In this document: positions 46,188 through 54,706 of the stretch, in pieces
Position numbering within the stretch: position 1 is the first letter of the stretch
Layout: each line of letters opens with the position of its first letter
DNA from: Candidatus Poribacteria bacterium
GTDB lineage: Bacteria > Poribacteria > WGA-4E > WGA-3G
Assembly (NCBI GenBank): GCA_965232545.1
Contig: OZ246979.1
Coordinates: 2,703,521 to 2,767,520 of the forward strand
Length of the DNA stretch: 64,000 bases
Reading direction: 5' to 3'
Translations under genes and position numbers: made by a program
The notes under the pieces: generated by a model
Seen by the model: the letters and a program-made list of their open reading frames with translations, nothing else
What the model was told of the DNA's origin: nothing
Databases searched by the model: none

Positions 46188-47684
46188 TTACCTGTGGGCC
46201 CAATAATCTTGCTTACCTCCTGGGGTCTTGACAAAGAGTTCCCCGCTGTTAGTGTAAAAGATCTCTTTTTCCTGTTGCGGTGAAATTACAAGTTCAACTA
46301 CCCATAAATCTTCTGCAGTGCTTCCTTGTAAATCGTAAACATTATGAAATTCAATATCCCAATCTTCATCACTAATCGGAGGACGTATACCCCAAAGCTT
46401 TTCTGATACTTTACGGCGGACCTTATCTCTTTGTTGTTCATCAAGAGTTACACCTACCGTGATTCTATCATCCCTTATTCCCCAGAAAATACGTCCGCCT
46501 TCACTATTGAGAAAGGCGACAGCGTATTCATCAGCGGTATTTGTAATTGAACCAACTGGATTTCTGCCCTTGACTTCCTTAAATTCATAGAGGCGTGTTT
46601 CCTCAAAAGGAACAGATTGCCCCTGAATAAAATCAACTTGGGTTGGTTCGGTTAATTTTGCCCTATCAGTTGCATGAATTAGGTGTTCCTCAGCTAACCG
46701 TTTATTTTCACGTAACTCGGAAAGTTTACCTTCTGAATCCAACTTGATACCTACCTCAAAATATTCAATTGCTTTTTGATATTGCTTAAGCCGGAGAAAA
46801 GTTACACCCTTGCCGTTTAATATAATCGCTTTCTGAACTGGATCTTGCACCGCGCCAAGTGCTTTATCAAAATTCTCAAGGGCAGCTTGGAATTCGTCAA
46901 GATGAAGAAACGCCATACCATCATAACAGATATTCATTGGATCAATATACGAAACCAATTGTCCGGCACGTAGATCCTCTGCTGCCCTGGATAAGGAAAA
47001 ATTCCCTCCTGTCATTGCATCAATATATCTGCCATGCAAAGTTGCCAAGCTCACTTGAGTCCTTTGTACCGCCACCCGAATTTGGAGTTTAGCATAAAGA
47101 ATACCGTAAGCGGAAACGCTCATATCAGCAATAAGTCCTTCTGATAATCGGGAACCGAAATCTGAACGAAGTATGTGAGTAAACCAATCAAGAGTTGCAT
47201 CCGTAGGATTTAACTGATTCCAATGTGCCCACGATTCACGAAACTTGTCCGTGTCATTGTGCAAAGCGAACAGCAGAGCTGAAGGGGACACGTGTAATAT
47301 TCTACGAATCCCCTCTTTCTCCTCATCAGCTTGATATATTGAATTAAGATAAAAACGGCTAAGAATATAATCAACTAACTCAAAGTCAATTCTGGCAAAG
47401 TAATACTGAGAAGTAATAAACTGCTCTGCCTGCTCCTTATATTCCTCTTTATCCGATAAAAATTCTTGGGCTAATTGTGCAAAAGTCTCGATGTCTTTTT
47501 TGACAACATAGTGGTCAATCTTATCATTGCTTATTTTTTCGCAAATATTTTCTGAGACAAGTGCTGCAAGTTGCTCCTCTATAGCTACCAACGACTCACC
47601 AATCTCATTAGTAATTTCGTTGGCAGGGTTGAGAGTACAATCTAATAAGTGCAAGATAATTTTTTTACGGATTAAAGTATCCAT
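46188..47684 (-). CDS. TPR-repeat protein with a C-terminal AlbA_2 / Schlafen-like putative DNA-binding domain.
   Basis: TPR-like segment (KALGAVQDPVQKAIILNGKGVTFLRLKQYQKAIEYFEVGIKLD). The C-terminus (RLYEFKEVKG...AVAFLNSEGGRIFWGIRDDRITVGV) matches the AlbA_2 (PF04326) pattern seen in Schlafen-like defense proteins. Confidence 0.6.
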   Translation of the reverse strand: MDTLIRKKIILHLLDCTLNPANEITNEIGESLVAIEEQLAALVSENICEKISNDKIDHYVVKKDIETFAQLAQEFLSDKEEYKEQAEQFITSQYYFARIDFELVDYILSRFYLNSIYQADEEKEGIRRILHVSPSALLFALHNDTDKFRESWAHWNQLNPTDATLDWFTHILRSDFGSRLSEGLIADMSVSAYGILYAKLQIRVAVQRTQVSLATLHGRYIDAMTGGNFSLSRAAEDLRAGQLVSYIDPMNICYDGMAFLHLDEFQAALENFDKALGAVQDPVQKAIILNGKGVTFLRLKQYQKAIEYFEVGIKLDSEGKLSELRENKRLAEEHLIHATDRAKLTEPTQVDFIQGQSVPFEETRLYEFKEVKGRNPVGSITNTADEYAVAFLNSEGGRIFWGIRDDRITVGVTLDEQQRDKVRRKVSEKLWGIRPPISDEDWDIEFHNVYDLQGSTAEDLWVVELVISPQQEKEIFYTNSGELFVKTPGGKQDYWAHR

Positions 47685-47889
47685 TGCCTTCTCTATGTTT
47701 TACGATTTGCGAGATGCGTTCAATTTTCCTTGTCAATTTCCCGAATTACGATATTTAATGTCGTAGTTGGTGATGAAGTCAAATTTGTAACTATGCAGTC
47801 CGTAATAGATGGGAAAATATGACCGATTGTGAACACATTAAATATAAAATCATTTACCTAATCACCAACTCGATTAGTTATCTAATCGG

Positions 47890-48453
47890 TTACTTTCCTA
47901 ACTTAACCATACGAACCGTTAATCCCGAATTTGGTCCGGGTGGTAAACCGAGAGCAGGCTCAACGCCTTTAGATTTTCTCAAATCTTCTAGTAGTGCCTC
48001 AACCGATAACTTTCTCCCTAACAAAGCTTCGGATTCGGGGCGAGGTTGACTCACGGATTTTCCACGATACACCTCAACTTGATTTACGCCCTCCTCTATC
48101 GCACGAATACATAAACCTCTTACATAATATCGATTAAACTCCCCTTCACTAAGAGTGTCGGGAGCGTTTACAGGAACCTTAGCATTCGTGAAACCACCAC
48201 CCCGCTTTCTACGTTGCTCGTAATCTTTCATATAACCTTGACTGCGTAATTGTTGGGCAAGCCAAGTGTCATTATAGTGCTTTATAGCCTCTTTAAGAAG
48301 AGAAACATAATTCCGCTCTCCGAGTCCATTAAGGCGTGGGCTCATATAGAGATTCCCATTAGATAAGTCTGAATCAACTTCACTTAACATGAATGAACGC
48401 GTGCTTTCATCCAAATTTTCGTAATGTAGTGCCACAGCTATTTCTCCTCGCAT
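47890..48453 (-). CDS. Hypothetical 187-aa protein. It is a cassette gene flanked by duplicated copies of the methyltransferase 3' end.
   Basis: Clean ORF with balanced composition and no recognisable motif. It lies between direct repeats at about 47745-47790 and about 48715-48760. Confidence 0.45.
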   Translation of the reverse strand: MRGEIAVALHYENLDESTRSFMLSEVDSDLSNGNLYMSPRLNGLGERNYVSLLKEAIKHYNDTWLAQQLRSQGYMKDYEQRRKRGGGFTNAKVPVNAPDTLSEGEFNRYYVRGLCIRAIEEGVNQVEVYRGKSVSQPRPESEALLGRKLSVEALLEDLRKSKGVEPALGLPPGPNSGLTVRMVKLGK

Positions 48454-48699
48454 GCATTTTAGAATTTATGTTCCACGCTTGAATATAGATAATCCAAGGA
48501 AACGTATAAAAATCTGTGTTCCTATTTTCCGATTTTGCTCGATTGTGTTGACATTACAGTATTCTCAGGAAGTTCGACTAAATAGTGCCAGGCAGAGTGA
48601 AAACCTTCCGAACCGTGTTTCAACGTCAACAAATATTAAGTATACCACATCGCGGAAGAAAAGTCAAATGCATTGCATTTTTGCGTTCGGTTCACTGCC

Positions 48700-51600
48700 T
48701 CACTTCCCCAAGCCCATCCGATATTTGATGTCGTAGTTGATGATGAAGTCTAATTCCTCATCTGTGAAGCCGTAGTGTTTCGCAAGCACATGGTCGATTT
48801 CATCTATGATGTGTTTAGATTTTTGAATCTTGAATAACTGCGTTTCAGTGCGTCCAGTCCGCTTTTGAACGCGAACTTGCATTATGCTATTACATTGTAG
48901 ATCCTCCAAATACACTTTTCCGAGTTCAGCGAGTTGAGAATCATAAAGAGCAGACTTAGGGATTGGAAAATTCTTAATATCAGATGCAGAAAGATTTCGG
49001 CAGTCCGTCGTAATCGTGTACCACCACCAGAATAAATCACTACTCAAAACCGCAATGACAGGTCTCAATATTTCAGAAGTTTCAACACTAAACGCCCGCT
49101 CAGCCGTAGAGTTCCCTGATTTACCATTAACCCTAAACGCCGGTTGGAAATCTGTGAACACTTTCCAATATAATCCACCTGCTACGCGGTGATAAACTCG
49201 ATGTTTACTTTGCGCCATGAATAACCTTAAAACAGTTTTGACTGCGGTACATTTCTCAAGTAAATCGGTTTCAATTTCCATTCCCAACTTTGGTGCCCAA
49301 GTTGCTGTTCTATGGCGTGGTATTTCCACATAACCAATATTATACATTAGGGAATCTCGATTATCGGAAGACCATTTCTGACAGTTTGTAGAAAAAGTCC
49401 TATCTTGCCTTGAAGGAGTTGCAATGAAAATAGTTAGTAGAAGGTTTACCATATCAAACAGTTTAGCAGGACGCCATGAATAGTTGGCATACCAAACATT
49501 ACGACTTTCTTCTAAAATGGTTTGTATGGTCTGCATTCGTTGTGTGGAAACTAATGCTAAAGGAACAATCATGCTCATGCAACCATGTTGACTTAAAAGT
49601 TGGGCACTGCGATCTATGCACATTGCATGGATTGCTTTGGTTTCGTAGCTGGATAGGCTATTTGGAGGTAAATAATCGACCTGTCTTAATTCAAGGTACG
49701 GCGGATTGCCAATAATCACATCAAAGCCACCGTCCTTCAGGATCCCGTAAAACGCAATGAACCAGTGGAACGGCTTATGTGAAGAAAGCCATGCTTGATA
49801 AGCAGCATTGGTATCCGCCGAGTTGAGATTTATTCTGCTTATCGTTTGTAAAGTGGGGGGGGGGCACACTATATTCGCCAGCAAGGTATTCGTTGAGTTC
49901 GTTTTCTAACGCCCTGAGTTTATCCTGTAACGCTTGTTTGTCTGCTAGGTGCACATCACCACCTAATTCCGTCTGCTGCTCCCGAAACAGGAAAGACAGC
50001 CACTCAACATCTTCAACCTTTTCTTCAATGCGCTTCATGCTATCGTCGAAGTCAAATTTACCGGTGACTGCTTCCTTCACCTCATCGTAGGAAGTATAAC
50101 CGACGAGGGTATTCCCTGCCTGAATGTTAAAGTCGATGTCTGGTAGCGGCTCAATCCGTCTCACGTCCTCAAGTTGCGCTACCATTTTAAGGAAGAGGCG
50201 CAGTTTGCAAATCTCAATTGCCTCGTCCATGATGTCTACGCCGTAGAGGTTGTTGATAATGATGGATTTGAGGATGAAGTAACGGTGATTCGGGTGCTGC
50301 TTGATGTCCTCAAGGATATTGCGGAAGTCGTTATATTTACGAGAAGGGTGTGATTCAGAAATCATTTCTATCTCGTCCAAGAAGACTTGCATCCGATCAA
50401 GACATACCTCATAGAGCGGTTCGAGGATATTCAGTGCGGCAAATAGGAACGCCCCGGAACCACAGGTGGGGTCGAGGATTGTCACCTGTGTGATGGCTTT
50501 CCAGAAGGCGCGGAGCAGTTCGGGCCCCTCACAATTCTCGATGACATCCTGCGCGAATTGGCGGATATTGAGATTGTAGGTAATCAGATCGTTGATGTCA
50601 CGGACCTCTCCGTTTTTGAGTTTCGCTCGGACAGTTTCATAACGTTGTCGCCGTGCGACGACCTCTCGCCAAATCTCTGTTGGCAAGGCATATTCATCGG
50701 ACGCGAGTGTGTTCCAACAATCGGTACGTTTGGAGACATCGCCAATTCCCACAGCAATTTCCTCTGGCAGATCGAATTCAACACCTTTTTTGACAGCATC
50801 GTAGATATAGCGGTCAGGATCTTCTTGTAGGAGGTGCCAGACGGATGCGTCGCCTTCAAAGGCGATTTTGCACGCTTTTCGCGCCTTGTCAAAAAGGCAT
50901 GGAATGATGGCATTTTTGCTGATGTAGTCCGTGATGTCCTCTTTAGTGTAGTAGGCACCCATCTGCTTCTGGTTGATGTATTTCTCAAAAATACAACCGA
51001 GGACATCTGGGTTGATCTCGTTGTCGTTCCGCAGCGGACGATCGTCGAGGTGCCACTGGTATTGATCAAAGAACTTGAAAAGCTGATCGAATGCCTTGTC
51101 AGGAATCTCAATGTTTTCGCCGTGGAGGGTCTCAATTTGGTGTTTCTGAAAGATGCCGCCGTTGAGGTAAGGGATTTTACCCAGTAGGCGTTTCACCTCT
51201 CTGCTTCGTTCGGCTTCCGGTTTCGCAAATCCTTCAAAGAAGAGGGGACAGAGGAGCTTTTTGTAATATTGATCGGTCTCCTGTTCTTGACCGTGTGCCA
51301 ATTTGGTGCATAGATAGTTGGGGTCGTTATCAAGAAAGCCTTTCTTCTGAATGAAGTAGATGAACATCAGACGGTTGAGCATGACGGAGGCGTACCAGCG
51401 TTGCATCTCTTCATCAGGAATACCTTTGAGAAATTTAAGGAATGCGTCATGCTCTTTCTTGAAACGGTCATAGAAACGTTTGGTGACTTTTTCAACGTCA
51501 AAACTTGCTCGAACCCGACTCGTCACGTCAAACAGTGTAAGTTGCCCTTCTTCCTCAAAACTAAAGGCAATGGCTTCAAGTTTTTGGATCAGCAAGTTCC

Positions 51601-51976
51601 CGGGTTGTGTTGTATGATACCGATGTTCACGACATGCTGTGGGTTTGCCGTGCTCTCGTCTTACCCACTGCCAGATTTGTGTATTTTTTTCCACATCGGT
51701 GTAAATGATAAAGTTCTCGTGGAAAGATTTTGCAACTTCCTTTTGAATCTTGCGGCGAGTGGCATAATCCGGCATGTGGTCATTAGATGTAGTTTGTGAA
51801 CACTCAAAGACGACCATTCCGCGTTTTTCGGCGATGGCGGTGAGTTGGTATTCGATTCCGTCTACCGTGATATTGAGTGGTTGGATCCGGTGAAAATCCC
51901 AACCGAGTTCTTCAATAAAGAGGCTTTCAAATTCGGATTCTTTGAGATATTGACGTGTTTCTCGGACGTTAAGCAT
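48700..51976 (-). CDS. Large N6-adenine DNA methyltransferase (gamma-like motif order; PglX / Type IIG-like). It is interrupted by a +1 frameshift at a G10 (C10 on the coding strand) homopolymer and is a phase-variable gene in the OFF state.
   Basis: The upstream frame (49775-52144 in the ORF track) carries AdoMet motif I ILDPTCGSGAFLFAAL and the N-terminal module ...WYASVMLNRLMFIYFIQKKGFLDN... The downstream frame (48700-49884) carries motif IV VIIGNPPYL. The two frames meet at 10 consecutive C; 9 or 12 would give a single protein of about 1092 aa (...EYSVPPPTLQTISR...). The start is refined to the ATG at 51976, with an AAGGAAG RBS. Confidence 0.75.
49855..49864. repeat. Homopolymeric G10 tract (C10 on the coding strand), a simple-sequence contingency locus inside the methyltransferase gene.
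   Basis: aaagtGGGGGGGGGGcacact, read directly. Coordinates are within about 1 bp. Confidence 0.85.
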
Positions 51977-52034
51977 TAGTATCTTCCTTTTGTCATGTTC
52001 AGTGGAAAGCGTCCCAGCAATTTCTGAGAGTGTT

Positions 52035-52721
52035 TTAGTCGTAGTCCTCGTCCTCATCGAGTGCCTCCGGGTCCAGGTCCATTCCGAGGTAAAGCCCCAT
52101 GGGAGCGAGTCCTGCTTTGACTTTTTGGAGCGATCCCATCCCAAAATTACTGATCAGTAGTAGTTCTTCTTCCGTTTTTTCGACGAGTGTGCGTAAGGTA
52201 TAGATGTTTGCCCTTTCGAGACAATTGTGGGCTCGGGTAGGGAGTCTGAGTGCGGCGATAGATAGGGTTAAGTAATCATCCCGCTCCTGTTCCGTCACAT
52301 CAGCGATCTCCGGCTCCCTGTAGATGTTAGGGAACAGCGGGTCCCGTTCATGTTGGGCCTCGATAATATCTATCCAGGGCGAATCCAATTCCTGTTCTGC
52401 CTCAGTAATATCTGCCAAGACATCCCGTTCCGGATTGAGCAAAGTTCTTTGGAGCGAAGGAGGGAGGGATTCCCAAATCCTCGCGTAATGCTCCGATTCT
52501 GACGCAGCTTCGCACCAACGGTCGAGAAAGGTCCGAAGCGTCTCGCTATCTTCCTTCCCCTCTGAAATCTGTGTTATGACTTGGAATAATTCCTTAAAAA
52601 ACACAATGAGGTCTTCTACCGGTAACCATTTGACCCAATCGTAGGGCTTTGGAATTGGAACAGATTTGACGAGCAATTCGTCGTCTATAAGGTATCCGAC
52701 AACAAGTTTAGCATCTTTCAT
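52035..52721 (-). CDS. Hypothetical protein with a C-terminal domain resembling the RNA polymerase alpha-subunit C-terminal domain (alpha-CTD, HhH). Paralog 1.
   Basis: The C-terminus LSIAALRLPTRAHNCLERANIYTLRTLVEKTEEELLLISNFGMGSLQKVKAGLAPMGLYLGMD matches the RpoA alpha-CTD pattern (LSVRS.NCLK...I.T...L....E.EL....N.G.KSL.EI...L...GL.LGM). The start is refined to MKDAKLVVGY. Confidence 0.55.
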   Translation of the reverse strand: MKDAKLVVGYLIDDELLVKSVPIPKPYDWVKWLPVEDLIVFFKELFQVITQISEGKEDSETLRTFLDRWCEAASESEHYARIWESLPPSLQRTLLNPERDVLADITEAEQELDSPWIDIIEAQHERDPLFPNIYREPEIADVTEQERDDYLTLSIAALRLPTRAHNCLERANIYTLRTLVEKTEEELLLISNFGMGSLQKVKAGLAPMGLYLGMDLDPEALDEDEDYD

Positions 52722-52830
52722 CTGGAGTCTCCTTGTAGCAAGAATGTTGAATTTACGCCAATTATACATGACGTACTGATAGCATTCAAGATTTTTTGGA
52801 GGTCGGAGTTGCCAATCCTTCCTGCAAGTG

Positions 52831-53660
52831 TTAGAGTGGCATCCTCGGTATCTCTGTCTTCAAACCGAGAATCGAGCATCTCAGCATTCTGCGATCCCAT
52901 GGGTAGCGGTTCATCGTTCTCAATGGCGTGTCGGTCAATCCAGCGCGTGCTTCCTGCGACAAGTGATACGCCATTTTGATATAAATGTGATAGGGCGGAA
53001 TAAGTTCCTCACGCGCCCAACTCTGCTCGATAATCTCAACCAATTCCTTAGAAATATCGATGCACCATCTGTCATTCCACCGGTCTTCAAACCAGTCCTC
53101 CAATTTTTCGCAAGCATCCGAGTCAACAACATCAATATTGAGTTCTCCCTGATGCGACAGCCCAGAAAGCGTCAAATTGCTACTGCCGAGGTAACCCACA
53201 GTCGGTGCGACGAGGTCGGAGCGATAGATGAGATAGAGTTTCGCATGGAGGGTGTGTCGGAGAAAAAGTTTTACCTTTACCTTCTCGTCCCGAAGCTGCT
53301 GCGCCAATTGACGTAACCCTCTTTCGTCTGCACGCGTTGGTACACCGACGGTTAACTGTTCTCGGAACTCCTCTGCTAACCTCCGTTTCAAACGGAGTGC
53401 TGTTTGATTGTCGATCCCACCGTCCTGCTTAGCGAGTCGTTTGGCCTCGCAGAGTTCTTCTTCGGCCAAGCGTTGCATCCCGACAAGTAAACGGCAGCAT
53501 TCGCCTTCACCCCATCCCAATTCTCAATATAAGATCCGAGTCCTCTCCATCCCCGGAGGTTAAAATAACCGACACAAAAGTCGGCGTATGTGGCAGTTTC
53601 AAGTGTCTGTTGGAGTGCGGGAAGTAGGGGTTGGTAGATATTATCAAAAATACGGGGCAT
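52831..53660 (-). pseudogene. PLD-family (HKD-motif) nuclease gene split by a frameshift (N-terminal fragment 53388-53660, C-terminal part 52831-53520).
   Basis: The N-terminal fragment is MPRIFDNIYQPLLPALQQTLETATYADFCVGYFNLRGW... The C-terminal frame carries [11 protein letters not shown]...GSSNLT (an HxK...GSxN PLD signature). The two frames overlap around 53470-53540 with no long homopolymer. Its ATG abuts the stop of the upstream alpha-CTD-like gene (TAAATG). Confidence 0.6.
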
Positions 53661-54455
53661 TTAGAATGATGCCTCCTCGTCGTCCTCGTCGAACAGATCC
53701 ATTCCCAGGTAAAGCCCCAAGCCAGCGAGTTTGGATTTGATTTCGTGGAGCGTCGCTTGTCCGAGCCCCTGGTATTCCAGGAGGTCCCATTCCATTTTTG
53801 CGACGAGTTCTCGGACGGTTTTGATATTTTCATTTTTAAGACAGTTGTGGGCACGAGCAGAGAGTTGAAGCTTGGAAATGTCGTATGCTAAATGTTTCTC
53901 CTGCTCTGCTTCCGTCACGTCACGTACCACCGGTTCAGCATCACCAGCGTGCATGGGTGAACGGTAATCCGGTTCCACGCCAACGATATCTACCCAGGGC
54001 GAATCCAATTCCTGTTCTGCCTCCAAAATATCTGCCAGGACATCCCGTTCGGAACTGATCATGGCTTTTCCGATGAAACCGGCGAGAGAATTCAAAAGTG
54101 TCGCGGGATCTTGCCCTTTTAAGGCAGCTTCTAAAGCATCTACGCTCCAATCGGTGACGACGGTCGGAGGGGTCTTGCTATCTTCTTCAAATATCTCAGA
54201 ATCTTCCTCGCCTAAGGCTATTTCGCGCCAACTTAAGGCAATTTCATGCCAAAAGTCGAGAAAAGTCTGAAGCGTTTTGCTATCTTCCTTTTCCTCTGAA
54301 ATTTGGATCATCAATTCCAGTAATTCCCCAAAAAACTGAGCAAGTTCCTCGTTCGCTAACCACTTGATCCAATCGTGAGATTCTGGAATCGTAAAAGATT
54401 TGACGAACATTTCGTCATCCATAAGGTATCCAACGACGAGTTTGGGCATTTTCAT
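53661..54455 (-). CDS. Hypothetical protein with a C-terminal RNA polymerase alpha-CTD-like domain. Paralog 2.
   Basis: Shares the N-terminal block KLVVGYLxDDExxVKS...ERDVLADIxEAEQELDSPWxDI and the C-terminal LSARAHNCLKNENIKTVRELVAKMEWDLLEYQGLGQATLHEIKSKLAGLGLYLGMD with paralog 1. Confidence 0.55.
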   Translation of the reverse strand: MKMPKLVVGYLMDDEMFVKSFTIPESHDWIKWLANEELAQFFGELLELMIQISEEKEDSKTLQTFLDFWHEIALSWREIALGEEDSEIFEEDSKTPPTVVTDWSVDALEAALKGQDPATLLNSLAGFIGKAMISSERDVLADILEAEQELDSPWVDIVGVEPDYRSPMHAGDAEPVVRDVTEAEQEKHLAYDISKLQLSARAHNCLKNENIKTVRELVAKMEWDLLEYQGLGQATLHEIKSKLAGLGLYLGMDLFDEDDEEASF

Positions 54456-54706
54456 GTGCTATCTCCGTGTAGTCGGAATATAAGATTTCTACGGATTATA
54501 CACGAGGCATTAATAAAGTTCAATTTTTTTGTGAAGGGGTAAATTTTTGAGAATTGGTTTGACACAATTTTGACTTTCCATTAAACTATCTCCACAAATT
54601 GCAGTTCTTGCGTTCAATTTATTATCGTCAGCGGCGGATTCAGTGCCGTTTCCAAAGATTGCGCCATTCGGGCACAATTTGTCTTTGCTTTACATTGGAG
54701 GCTCTC

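Noticed and set aside
52035-52144. 110-bp overlap between the alpha-CTD-like gene and the methyltransferase ORF, a possible fused or overlapping gene.
   Set aside because: The methyltransferase ORF in the track starts at an upstream in-frame codon. An internal ATG at 51976 with a good AAGGAAG RBS gives a non-overlapping, more plausible start, so no true overlap is inferred.
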